In this document: piece after piece, positions 37,772 through 47,083 of the stretch | How positions within the stretch are numbered: position 1 is the stretch's first letter | How the letters are laid out: every line of letters starts with the position of its first letter | Source: an uncultured bacterium | GTDB lineage: Bacteria; Oederibacteriota; Oederibacteriia; Oederibacteriales; Oederibacteriaceae | DNA length: 64,000 bases | Assembly (NCBI GenBank): GCA_965112635.1 | Contig: OZ218778.1 | Location: forward strand, 2,560,001 to 2,624,000 | Direction of reading: 5' to 3' | Made by a program: the position numbers and the translations under genes | Notes under the pieces: model-generated | What the model saw: the letters and a program-made list of their open reading frames with translations, nothing else | Database searches by the model: none | What the model was told of the DNA's origin: nothing

Positions 37772-38758
37772 TCAATGATTCCGCTGGACGATGAACCCTA
37801 ATATTTCGTTCAAATTATCCCTAGCCGGACTAGGCTTAAGATGCTGGAGTTCCTTGGCCGCCAACCTGATGTAATCCAGGGCCTTTTTTTGAACATAATC
37901 TCTGCCGCCGTACCTTGATATGAAACCCCTGATAAAAGACATCGTGGAAGCGGACGTGTTCCTTTCTAATGTTCTGTAAACCTTTTCTCTTTCCTTTTGG
38001 GGACATTTTTTGAGGCTATGGATCAGGGGCAAGGTCAAATACCCTTCACTAAAATCACTTCCCAATGGCTTTCCCAGCTCTTTTGGGTTGGAATAGACAT
38101 CCAGCAGGTCGTCTACCAACTGAAAAGCCATGCCAACCGCCTTGCCAAAGCGTTCCATAGCCCGGACCACGCCAGGAGACGCGTTCTGGGCAAGGGCTCC
38201 CACCTGGCAGCAGCTGGACATCAAGACCGCAGTTTTTTTCATGATGATCTCCAGGTAGGTCTCTTCGGACAGCTTTTTGTTGGATTGGTTCAACAACTCC
38301 AGCATTTGCCCCTCGCACATGAAAGCTGCAGCGCGAGTGACCAAACTATAGATACGGGGATCACCGTTCCTTGAAACCAGATGGGCTGCCTTCACGTAAA
38401 TATGGTCGCCCAACAGGATCGAAAGAGGATTGCCCCATAAAGCATTAACCGTCTTCCTCCCACGGCGTATCTCCGAATGGTCCAGAACATCGTCGTGGAT
38501 CAGGCTAGCCAAGTGGATCAGCTCCACCCCGGCCGCCAGGGCATAAATCTTCTGGAACTGTTTCAAAGGCCGGCCCGGCCGAGCGGCCCGGCTTGCCAGC
38601 AGCAACAGAGAGGGCCTTATCCGTTTCCCGCCTGCCTGGGCTAAATGCAGGTTCAGCCTGTTCATGAATTGGTGCTGGGCGGCCAGGGTCTTGAGGATCA
38701 GCCCCTCGGTCTTTTTGAGATCGTTTTTGAGTTGGTTGGAAAATACGGGTATGTTCAT
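37772..38758 (-). CDS. Trans-polyprenyl diphosphate synthase (hepta/octaprenyl type)
   Basis: GGKRIRP, HDDVLD...RRG, KTA, FQLVDDLLD, GKPLGSD. Confidence 0.92.
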   Translation of the reverse strand: MNIPVFSNQLKNDLKKTEGLILKTLAAQHQFMNRLNLHLAQAGGKRIRPSLLLLASRAARPGRPLKQFQKIYALAAGVELIHLASLIHDDVLDHSEIRRGRKTVNALWGNPLSILLGDHIYVKAAHLVSRNGDPRIYSLVTRAAAFMCEGQMLELLNQSNKKLSEETYLEIIMKKTAVLMSSCCQVGALAQNASPGVVRAMERFGKAVGMAFQLVDDLLDVYSNPKELGKPLGSDFSEGYLTLPLIHSLKKCPQKEREKVYRTLERNTSASTMSFIRGFISRYGGRDYVQKKALDYIRLAAKELQHLKPSPARDNLNEILGFIVQRNH

Positions 38759-38784
38759 TAAAACTCCTCTTTTAGGATCTGGAA

Positions 38785-39936
38785 CTAAACTCTCTCCAGG
38801 GGATCAAAGAGCTTGTTGTATTCTTCCAGGGCATACCGGTCGGTCATGCCGGAAATATAATCACAGATGGCCTTTTTGGGGGAAATCTGCTGGAAACGCC
38901 TCTGCACCTTATAGGGCAGGATCTCCGGTCTGTCGTTATAGACCTGGAACAGCTCCGTGATGATCCGCTGCGCCTTATATTCCATGCGGACAACCCTGTA
39001 ATGCCTATAAAGGTTGGCGAACAGGAACTCTTTTAGCTGCGACAAATTCTCCTTCATTTTCTGGCTGAAGTCGACAAGGGGTGTCCCATGCCGCTTAACA
39101 TCTGCAATAATTTTGATCTGGAATTCGACGATATTCTTTTCCGTTTGATTGATAAGATCAGATACCTGGCAGTTGATCAGAGACTTTATCAAATGGTACT
39201 TTAAGCGGCTAGCATCGATCTCGGGATATCGGCGGACCCCTTCTTCATAGACATCCCGGAAGAGCTCCACTTTCTTCATCATATCGACGGTAAGGATATT
39301 GGAGGTCAGTCCATCGTCCGTATCATGGTTATTGTAGGCGATTTCATCGGCCAAATTCCCAATCTGGGCTTCCAAAGAAGTGGCTGGCCCGGAACTTTTC
39401 CCCCCAGGGTCCGGCGAATCATAGACCGAAGAATGCTTCTCGATACCCTCCAGGACCTCGGCGCTCAAATTCAAACCCGGGAAACCCGAATACCGCTCTT
39501 CCAATTCAGTGACGATCCGCAAGCTCTGCCGATTGTGTTCGAAACCTCCCTCATCTACCATGAGTTCATTTAATATTTTTTCGCCGGCGTGCCCAAAGGG
39601 GGTATGACCCAAGTCATGCGCCAGGATGATCGCTTCCGTCAGGTCCTCGTTGAGCTGCAAAGCCCTGGCTATACTGCGCCCGATCTGCGCCGCTTCCAGG
39701 GTATGAGTCAGGCGGGTTCTGTAATAATCCCCCTCATGACTTACGAAAACCTGCGTTTTATATTCTAAACGCCTAAAAGCTGAACAGTGGATAACTCGAT
39801 CCCGGTCCCTTTCAAAAGGGACGCGATAAGGGTGCTCCTCTTCCTCATAACGTCTTCCCAGGCTCTCCTTATTCTTCATGGCATAAGGAGCCAGGGTAAT
39901 ATCCTCTAATTGCAACCTTTTTTCCCTAGAAAGCAT
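38785..39936 (-). CDS. dgt: Deoxyguanosinetriphosphate triphosphohydrolase
   Basis: RDRDRVIH, FRRLEYKTQV, RTRLTHTLE, HDLGHTPFGHAGE, DYISGMTD. Confidence 0.93.
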   Translation of the reverse strand: MLSREKRLQLEDITLAPYAMKNKESLGRRYEEEEHPYRVPFERDRDRVIHCSAFRRLEYKTQVFVSHEGDYYRTRLTHTLEAAQIGRSIARALQLNEDLTEAIILAHDLGHTPFGHAGEKILNELMVDEGGFEHNRQSLRIVTELEERYSGFPGLNLSAEVLEGIEKHSSVYDSPDPGGKSSGPATSLEAQIGNLADEIAYNNHDTDDGLTSNILTVDMMKKVELFRDVYEEGVRRYPEIDASRLKYHLIKSLINCQVSDLINQTEKNIVEFQIKIIADVKRHGTPLVDFSQKMKENLSQLKEFLFANLYRHYRVVRMEYKAQRIITELFQVYNDRPEILPYKVQRRFQQISPKKAICDYISGMTDRYALEEYNKLFDPLERV

Positions 39937-39965
39937 ACCGGCCTTATTTTCCTTTCAAAATGAAC

Positions 39966-39993
39966 AAAAAAACAGAGCAGACGCTGCTCTGTT
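39966..39993 (-). terminator. Intrinsic terminator after the Crp/Fnr gene
   Basis: Perfect 10-bp inverted repeat AACAGAGCAG-ACG-CTGCTCTGTT with a T-run on the minus strand. Confidence 0.7.
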
Positions 39994-40026
39994 CCCTCAA
40001 AATCAATCAATTTAAATAGCTTGGTA

Positions 40027-40761
40027 TTATAAAAGCCACCGGCGCAATTTTTCGCGGTTCACGACCACGATCTCTTTTAGGTCGTGCTTGATGGCGCCGT
40101 CATCCTGGAATTCGCCCAACAATTTGGTTACCGTTTCCCTGGAAACACCCGCAATATCCGCCATGTCTTGATGGATGAGTTTGATTTGGACAACGTCCTT
40201 TTGCCCAAACTGGTCGGCTAAAAACAGGATCATATCCGCAATCCTCGCCCGCGAATTACCCAAAGCGAGAGCGTTGATTTGGCGGTTGGCCTGGGTCAAT
40301 CGTTCGCAAAGGGTATGAATGATCCGGAAAGGGATGGATGGGTTCTTCTCCACCAAATTATAAAACTCGGTTCTGCCCATTACTAGAAAATCGCACGCGG
40401 TGATCGTAGCCGCTGAAGCGCTCCGACCTTTATCCGTCAGGATGGACATCTCTCCGAAAAAATTCCCTTGCTTTATTAAGGAAAGGGTTTTAGTTCTGCC
40501 GTCTCTGGAAGTATGATAAATTTTGGCTAAACCTTTCTTGATCAAAAACAGGGTGTCCCCGTGCTCTCCCTCGAAAAACACCGGAGTGTCTTTTGGATAA
40601 GAAACTTCCTTGAGGTTGCGGGCCAGCTCGTTCAAATCTTTTGAAGAAAGATCTGAAAAAAGGGACACACCATGAAGAAAACCGTGATTCTTTGATCTAC
40701 TTTCCTCTGCTCTCTGGCTAGAACTTTTTCCCTGCATGGAGTCAGTTGACTTTCTCATCAT
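40027..40761 (-). CDS. Crp/Fnr family transcriptional regulator
   Basis: cNMP-binding motif FFGEMS...RSASA and HTH HQDMADIAGVSRETVT. Confidence 0.92.
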   Translation of the reverse strand: MMRKSTDSMQGKSSSQRAEESRSKNHGFLHGVSLFSDLSSKDLNELARNLKEVSYPKDTPVFFEGEHGDTLFLIKKGLAKIYHTSRDGRTKTLSLIKQGNFFGEMSILTDKGRSASAATITACDFLVMGRTEFYNLVEKNPSIPFRIIHTLCERLTQANRQINALALGNSRARIADMILFLADQFGQKDVVQIKLIHQDMADIAGVSRETVTKLLGEFQDDGAIKHDLKEIVVVNREKLRRWLL

Positions 40762-40766
40762 TGGAT

Positions 40767-41753
40767 TTATGGGATAGGCTCGAACTTAACGATCTTCCCG
40801 CTCCCCTGGTTGGCCACAACGATAAAACCCGCCTTATCGACCGCGATCCCCGTGGGAGAAGCCAATGAACCGGTGTTGTTTATTAGTTTACCCAAGATAT
40901 CGCCTTGTTTGCTAAAAAGCCAGAGTACGCTATTTTGCGGGTCCGAAACAACGACCCTGCCATTTCTGTCAATAACCAGGGAAAATGGCACCATTCGCGG
41001 AGTGTCTCCTCTAGCCCTGATCCTCCATTGGCTTACGACATGGCCTTCGCGGTCCATTTTCTGTATCCGGAAATTTCCAGTATCTGCGATATAAATATTC
41101 CCATCTCCATCAACCGTGAGACCTTGCGGATCGGAGAACTGCCCCTTTGAGCTGCCATGTTTACCAAAACGATTGAGGATTTCTCCGTTTAAATTGCACT
41201 TGACGACCCTTCCTTCCCCTGTGTCCGCGACATACAATATCCCCTCCTGAGAATCTAAAAATAACCCGCGGGGATAATAGCTGTCCGGGATCTTATAAGA
41301 CTTGACCATCCTGCCGGGGGCACCATCCAGGGATACAATATAAAGAACGCCTGTTGGAGGATCTAAAAAGGCAACTCTTTTCTCCTTGGTCACTCCGATC
41401 CCTTGGGGCTCCTGCAGGCTTAGTGGAGGCAGTCTGTTGTCCAAGCTTTTGATGAACTTGCCCTTAGGGTCAAAAATCTGCACGCGTTTATTGCCGGAAT
41501 CTGAAATATAGATATTATCTTCATTGTCCAAAGCAAGACCAGATGGCCTGGAAAATTGACCGGCCCCCCGCCCATTGATCCCAAAGCTGGACGATTCCTT
41601 TAAAAGAATGGTGGGCGGTTTTTTCTGGGCATTCATCAGGATAAGCTCTATGACAACTACAGCAACAATGACACAGACGATCAACACTCTCCAGGAAACT
41701 TTTTTCTTCTTTCGGCGATCCTTGCTCTTACGTTTTTTTTTCAAACTGGCCAT
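40767..41753 (-). CDS. Membrane-anchored NHL-repeat beta-propeller protein (3rd of three)
   Basis: Lys-rich N-terminus and one TM helix; repeats GQFSRPSGLALD...IYISDSGNKRVQ. Confidence 0.87.
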   Translation of the reverse strand: MASLKKKRKSKDRRKKKKVSWRVLIVCVIVAVVVIELILMNAQKKPPTILLKESSSFGINGRGAGQFSRPSGLALDNEDNIYISDSGNKRVQIFDPKGKFIKSLDNRLPPLSLQEPQGIGVTKEKRVAFLDPPTGVLYIVSLDGAPGRMVKSYKIPDSYYPRGLFLDSQEGILYVADTGEGRVVKCNLNGEILNRFGKHGSSKGQFSDPQGLTVDGDGNIYIADTGNFRIQKMDREGHVVSQWRIRARGDTPRMVPFSLVIDRNGRVVVSDPQNSVLWLFSKQGDILGKLINNTGSLASPTGIAVDKAGFIVVANQGSGKIVKFEPIP

Positions 41754-41790
41754 GGCCTTCTCCTTACTTTTTTTCTAACTTATGAATCGG

Positions 41791-42777
41791 TTATCTTCTC
41801 GTAAATTTATAAATTTTTTGTGATGCATTATCGACAACAAAACCCTCTTGTTTAGGGCTGAAAAGAACATAGATGGGCCCGTCAAAAGGGTTTTCTTTGG
41901 GGTTTCTGCCCCAAATGCCGATAAACTTCCCCTTGGAATTATAAACCTGGAAACGTCCGGCCCCGGAATCACTGATATAAATAAGGCCCTCTTTATCAAT
42001 GGAAAGGTAAGGCTCTAGAGGGAAAACTCCCTTGAAATTCTTATAACCAAATTGCATCAAAAAATTCCCGTCACCGTCAAATTCTTGGACACGGTGATTT
42101 TCCATATCGGCAACAAACACATGCTCCTCATTATCTAAAGCAATACCTACGGGCTCTCTAAATTGTCCTTTTCTCCTACCATTGCCACCCCATTGGCGTA
42201 CAACCGCCCCCGTTGAATCAAATTTAACAATCTGATGGTTACCCGTGTCCGTGATAAAAAAGTCTCCGTTCTGGGCAACGGCGATGCATCTAGGTCCATA
42301 AAAAGAAAAGGCCTTTGGCTTGATGACCTTCAGTAATTGACCGCTGGTATCAAGGCGCTTGACGGCTTCATTCCAGGTGTCCACGACATAAACCCATCCC
42401 CTATTCAGGTCAACAGCCAGGCCGAAAGGCTGGTTAAACTGCGCTTTCCCTTTTCCAGCCGTTCCCCAAGCAGCCATCCACTCCCCGGCCGCCGAGAATT
42501 TTTGGACTCGGTTGTTGTCGCGATCCATCACATACAGGCATCCTGACTTGTCCAAGCCGATCTGGCGAGGTTGGTTAAACTGCCCATGCCCCTTGCCTGT
42601 TCCGCCTATGGTATTGATCAAAACCCAATCCTGATTCAGGGAAGGCAACGGCTTTTCTTTAAAAAACTTCCACACCAAAATCCCGACCGCCACCAGAATA
42701 ATCAGCCAAATCAATGCCTTAAAAACATTGTTCCCCTTTTTTCTTTTTCTCTTTTTTGGCTTGGCCATTAAAAACAT
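41791..42777 (-). CDS. Membrane-anchored NHL-repeat beta-propeller protein (2nd of three)
   Basis: Lys-rich N-terminus and one TM helix; GQFNQP, VVDTWN, FYGPR, DTGNH repeats. Confidence 0.87.
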   Translation of the reverse strand: MFLMAKPKKRKRKKGNNVFKALIWLIILVAVGILVWKFFKEKPLPSLNQDWVLINTIGGTGKGHGQFNQPRQIGLDKSGCLYVMDRDNNRVQKFSAAGEWMAAWGTAGKGKAQFNQPFGLAVDLNRGWVYVVDTWNEAVKRLDTSGQLLKVIKPKAFSFYGPRCIAVAQNGDFFITDTGNHQIVKFDSTGAVVRQWGGNGRRKGQFREPVGIALDNEEHVFVADMENHRVQEFDGDGNFLMQFGYKNFKGVFPLEPYLSIDKEGLIYISDSGAGRFQVYNSKGKFIGIWGRNPKENPFDGPIYVLFSPKQEGFVVDNASQKIYKFTRR

Positions 42778-42802
42778 CCCCTTCTAGAAAATCGGCTAAA
42801 TC

Positions 42803-43774
42803 TTATCTTATAAATTTCTGAATACGGTTATTTCCATCAGCCACAAAAATATTTCCGCTCGGGTCTGAGGCAATCCCTGTTGGAGCATTAAAAGCGGGGT
42901 TCCCGCTGGAATCCCTCTTCCATTCTCCCACATAAGCGCCGACGTCCGTATAAACGAATAACTCATTACCTATAGGATCGCTGACGTAGATCTTACCGCT
43001 TTGGTCAGAAGCAACAAACCCAACAACAGTTATTCTAAGTTGATTCCATCCGTCTATGGGCCATCGATTGATAAAATCTCCGTCCAAGGAGAACTTTTTT
43101 ATGGCCCTATTATGGGTATCCGCGACAAAAATTAAGCCTTTTTCATCAACAGTGATGCCCACGGGCTCGTTAAACTCATCGTTATTGGCTCCTTTTTGGC
43201 CCCACATCTTAATCAACTTCCCGTTGTTAGTAAATTTCTGTATGCGATGATTGCCTGTATCCGTGACATACACATTTCCCCCGGCATCAACTGCGATGCC
43301 CCGAGGGCCAAAAAACTCGCCCGGCCCGATACCGATTCCCCAACCCTTGGATCCCCACCAGGTGACGAATTGGCCGTTTTTCGAGATCTTCTGAACGCGA
43401 TGATTCCAGGTATCGGCAACGAAAATGTTCCCGCTTTTATCGATTGCCAGGTCGTCGGGCGAATCAAACTCCAATTTCCCTTTTCCCTTTTTGCCTATTG
43501 ACAGAAGCAGTTTCCCGTCCGAACTGAATTTCTGAATGCGATGATTCTCCCTGTCTGCTTCCCACAATGCGTTATCCGGAGCCAAAGCAAGTCCCTCCGG
43601 AGAATTCAATTGTCCCGCCTTTTTGCCCAGCGCACCCCATTCACTGATCTTTTGGAAGGACACATAAAGCTTGTTCTCATGACCCGTAAAAGTGATCATC
43701 AACATCATAATTAAAATGACCAGGCCGAGAACAGCCATTGCAATATACTCATTAAGGACCGACCGGTTTTGCAT
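42803..43774 (-). CDS. Membrane-anchored NHL-repeat beta-propeller protein (1st of three)
   Basis: N-terminal TM helix; FVADTWNHRVQK, FFGPRGIAVD, FNEPVGI repeats. Confidence 0.87.
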   Translation of the reverse strand: MQNRSVLNEYIAMAVLGLVILIMMLMITFTGHENKLYVSFQKISEWGALGKKAGQLNSPEGLALAPDNALWEADRENHRIQKFSSDGKLLLSIGKKGKGKLEFDSPDDLAIDKSGNIFVADTWNHRVQKISKNGQFVTWWGSKGWGIGIGPGEFFGPRGIAVDAGGNVYVTDTGNHRIQKFTNNGKLIKMWGQKGANNDEFNEPVGITVDEKGLIFVADTHNRAIKKFSLDGDFINRWPIDGWNQLRITVVGFVASDQSGKIYVSDPIGNELFVYTDVGAYVGEWKRDSSGNPAFNAPTGIASDPSGNIFVADGNNRIQKFIR

Positions 43775-43814
43775 AGGAACCTAAGTCTCCCCTATTGATG
43801 TTATATATCCTGCA

Positions 43815-46325
43815 TTACCTCAACTTATAGATCGTGACGCCGAAATTTTCATAAGCAACATCCATAAAGTCCCTGAATTTAGCCAGACCGCCACCATCAT
43901 AAGGTCCTTTTTTAGGCGTCCCGTTCCTTTCCAGCGTTCCTACATAGACATACTGGACATCATATTTCGCAAGAAGCTGGCGGGCGGTTTGGGAGTCATG
44001 GGTATTATAAATATTGTCGATATCATTGATCCTTTTCCCCTGCTCATCCCAGGAACCTCTCCATTGCAGTTCATGGCCAGGCCATCCCAATACCGCAGGA
44101 AATCCGGTGACCGTGGAAACCCTGGCGTAATCGGTATACTCATCTCCCCATGCCTCAAGAATGACAGGAGGATTGGGGACCGGCTTGATGTTCTTTTCAA
44201 TCCAATCGATAGCGTCATAATCAGCAGGATAGTTCGCCTTCAAATAGGCAATGCCATCCAGAGTAGGATGAGGGGCATTAAACCCGTTACTTTTGTTATA
44301 GGTTGCTGTTATCGGGTAAAGTATTCCAAAAAAAAGCATAAGAAACAGGCAGGCAGACCAAAGATATTTAAAAAAAGAACCTTTTAAGCGCCAGGCCTGT
44401 TCAAGAACGTAATATATTCCATAAGTAGCACCTATGGCCCAAAGCACCCAGGTCTGATAATAAAATTTAAAAACAGTATTCATACGGGACAGTTCGCCGC
44501 CGCCGAATGTATCATTGATATGAATGAATTCACAACCCAGGGTCAATAAAGCGCCCATCCCCAGCAGAACCCAAACAAAACCCTCCTCCCTGGTGTAATA
44601 TCTGCAAAGGACTAAAAAGACCGAAAAGAATAAGATGAAACAGAGCAAAAAAGTCGTGGTCAGCTGGATCCAGGAAAGGATGACCAGAAGGATAATGATA
44701 ACAATGGCCGTGACCAAGCCAGACCCACCATTTAATATAGGAAGGGCCTGGAATCTCAACCAGGCCTGCTGAAAAGTTTTCACGGGCTCCAACAAAACGA
44801 CCTTGGGCTCTATGTGTTGGGGCAGCTCCGCGCCACATTGGCCGCAGAATCCCTTCCCTTCTTTGGCCTTGGCTCCGCACGCAGGGCAGTAGAATACGGA
44901 ATGCCTTTTTGACTGAATATTCGCTCCCTGGGTCCTCCAGTCCTGGAGTAGCTGGATCCATTTCATGAGGAACATCGCCCCCATGACCCAAAGAAAGATC
45001 CCAAATATTATAATAAAATGGTGGAATCGGGTCCTCTCAGTAACAATCCCCAGACCTTTGGCTTGGGAATGAAAATTGATATAAAAGGGGAGATAAAGCA
45101 ATATACTCAACATCGCAATGACCCCTGCGGCAATGATCCATTCAATCAGAACCTTTTTGCCCAAACTCTTCTCGTTAAAATAAGCCTTTAATAAAAGACA
45201 GACCAGCAAAATACCTAAATAGGTCGGGAAGTCCCACGAATTTAAAAAACCCAAGGAACCAGCGGCAATAACCAACACAGCCAAGGTGACTATGCTTTCC
45301 AACCCTGCGTCTAAAAAAGCAAATCCTTTATGCGTATCTTTAACGATATTAAGGGATAACGCCAACATCAAAAAAACAAAAGGTAGCGCCATGACATGGG
45401 GATGCATATCAGCCATTAAAAAACTGAAGAAGGGAAATTCGTTGATGGTATGGGTGACCACGCGCGTCGACCGCCACCACCACCAATTCTCTTCAGGGAT
45501 GAAACCTTGGGATAAATGCAATAAAGGCTGGTACATGGCATTGGCAGCCTCTTTGACCCCTTCCTTGCCGGGTTCCCACCAGCTATCCCAGCCTAAATGC
45601 AACCATCTCCAAAATCCTTCCGGGAACATACCATGCGCATAAGCGATCTCCAGGATTCCCTCTAGGTTGCCTATCACCGCGACCAACACAAGTCCCACAA
45701 CAGCAAAAATGTATTTTTTAGTCATATTATAACTAAGGGTAAATGCGGCCAAAGCGGTCAAAGCAAAGAAAGTGGCAATGGCAATATTAAAAGCCTCGGC
45801 CGAAGGTATTCCCGACAATTTGTTAACAACAGAAACAATCAGATATCCGAAATAATAGTAGCTAATATAGAACCTTGGTCCGGCCATCCAAGGATCATGC
45901 GGGGGAAAATTGGGGCTGACATTAATGGCATTTAAAAAAGCAAAATCCATGGGTTTTTCTGTAGAGGCAATGGCAGGATCATGCATCCGGACAAAACAGA
46001 ACATCAATAAAAGAGCAGCAAAGAGAAGCTCGACGATCGCTATATACTTGGCTTTGTTGTGTAAGAAGCTCCAAAAAGCTTCGGTTTCTTTCCTGTATCT
46101 CCAGAAGGAAAAGCCGCCCACGATGCATAATGACAAGATCACGGTCATTTCCTTATAAAACACTAACCCCACGATCCAGGAAAGATACCCCACTAGAAGG
46201 AGCCCTAGGATCTTTGAATAGAAATATCCCCTATCCTCGAGATTTCTAAAGATATAGAAGGTCAACGGCAAGGCCACTAATCCAATAATCTCCAAAGCAA
46301 ACCACCAAAATATTATAGAAAGCAC
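43815..46325 (-). CDS. DUF2298 (Chlor_Arch_YYY) polytopic membrane protein with an inserted zinc ribbon
   Basis: EKPMDFAFLN, PPHDPW, SYYYFG, INEFPFFSFL.ADMHPH, RMNTVFKFY, GWPGHELQWR; internal CPAC...CGQC. Confidence 0.85.
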   Translation of the reverse strand: MLSIIFWWFALEIIGLVALPLTFYIFRNLEDRGYFYSKILGLLLVGYLSWIVGLVFYKEMTVILSLCIVGGFSFWRYRKETEAFWSFLHNKAKYIAIVELLFAALLLMFCFVRMHDPAIASTEKPMDFAFLNAINVSPNFPPHDPWMAGPRFYISYYYFGYLIVSVVNKLSGIPSAEAFNIAIATFFALTALAAFTLSYNMTKKYIFAVVGLVLVAVIGNLEGILEIAYAHGMFPEGFWRWLHLGWDSWWEPGKEGVKEAANAMYQPLLHLSQGFIPEENWWWWRSTRVVTHTINEFPFFSFLMADMHPHVMALPFVFLMLALSLNIVKDTHKGFAFLDAGLESIVTLAVLVIAAGSLGFLNSWDFPTYLGILLVCLLLKAYFNEKSLGKKVLIEWIIAAGVIAMLSILLYLPFYINFHSQAKGLGIVTERTRFHHFIIIFGIFLWVMGAMFLMKWIQLLQDWRTQGANIQSKRHSVFYCPACGAKAKEGKGFCGQCGAELPQHIEPKVVLLEPVKTFQQAWLRFQALPILNGGSGLVTAIVIIILLVILSWIQLTTTFLLCFILFFSVFLVLCRYYTREEGFVWVLLGMGALLTLGCEFIHINDTFGGGELSRMNTVFKFYYQTWVLWAIGATYGIYYVLEQAWRLKGSFFKYLWSACLFLMLFFGILYPITATYNKSNGFNAPHPTLDGIAYLKANYPADYDAIDWIEKNIKPVPNPPVILEAWGDEYTDYARVSTVTGFPAVLGWPGHELQWRGSWDEQGKRINDIDNIYNTHDSQTARQLLAKYDVQYVYVGTLERNGTPKKGPYDGGGLAKFRDFMDVAYENFGVTIYKLR

Positions 46326-46341
46326 CAGAATCCTCCAAATC

Positions 46342-47082
46342 TCACGAATAATATCCTAAGATATCATAAAATCTTATTCTAATGAGGTCTAAAACCATCT
46401 GAACCCCATCTTTCAAATAATGTACTTTAGTCCCAGCCGAATAGAACCAGGAAACAGGCAGTTCCTTAATAGACCAATTCCTTTTCTGGGCTATGTAAAG
46501 CAGCTCTACATCAAAACCAAAACGCCTGATCCTTTGCCTGACAAAAATATCCCTGGCAGCCTCCCGGCTGAAAAGTTTGAAACCGCACTGGGTGTCATGG
46601 ATGCCCTGTACGGCCAGAACCATCACCACTTTATTGAATATAAATCTAATAAAAGCTCTATACCAGGGCTGCCGAATCACCTGCTCTTCTTTAGCCAAAA
46701 CCCTGGACCCAATAACAATCCCCAATTTTTCTTTTTGTAACACCTTGAGCATCCTAGTTAATTCATTAATGGGAGTAGATAGATCGGCATCGGAAAAAAG
46801 GCAATATTTCCCCGTGGCGGCCAACATGCCCTTTTTTACAGCGCTCCCCTTCCCCAGGTTTCTTCCGTTAGTGAGGCATTTGACTGACCTGTCTTGCTTG
46901 GCCAGCCTCATTACTTTTGACACAGTTGCATCCCGACTGCCATCATCAACAACCATTATTTCAAACTTTTTGATCGTTTTTTTTAGATAATTCAAAATCA
47001 GCTGCACTGTTCTCTCGATGCGCTCTTCTTCATTATAGGCAGGAATAATAACGGAAAGACAAATTGGGCTTGAAGAAAGCAA
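46342..47082 (-). CDS. GT2 polyprenyl-phosphate glycosyltransferase (ALG5/DPM1-like)
   Basis: IPAYNEE, VDDGSRD, GKG.AV, FSDADLSTP, DTQCGFKLF, FDVELL. Confidence 0.88.
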   Translation of the reverse strand: MLSSSPICLSVIIPAYNEEERIERTVQLILNYLKKTIKKFEIMVVDDGSRDATVSKVMRLAKQDRSVKCLTNGRNLGKGSAVKKGMLAATGKYCLFSDADLSTPINELTRMLKVLQKEKLGIVIGSRVLAKEEQVIRQPWYRAFIRFIFNKVVMVLAVQGIHDTQCGFKLFSREAARDIFVRQRIRRFGFDVELLYIAQKRNWSIKELPVSWFYSAGTKVHYLKDGVQMVLDLIRIRFYDILGYYS

Positions 47083-47083
47083 A

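Noticed and set aside
37772-38758. Prenyl synthase as the lipid-carrier source for the glycosylation cluster
   Set aside because: It is a trans-type DDxxD enzyme typical of quinone side chains, and a terminator separates it from the cluster; sugar carriers normally come from cis-type UppS.
38785-39936. Anti-phage dGTPase or defence island
   Set aside because: Looks like the common housekeeping dgt of about 380 aa among core genes; no defence genes nearby.
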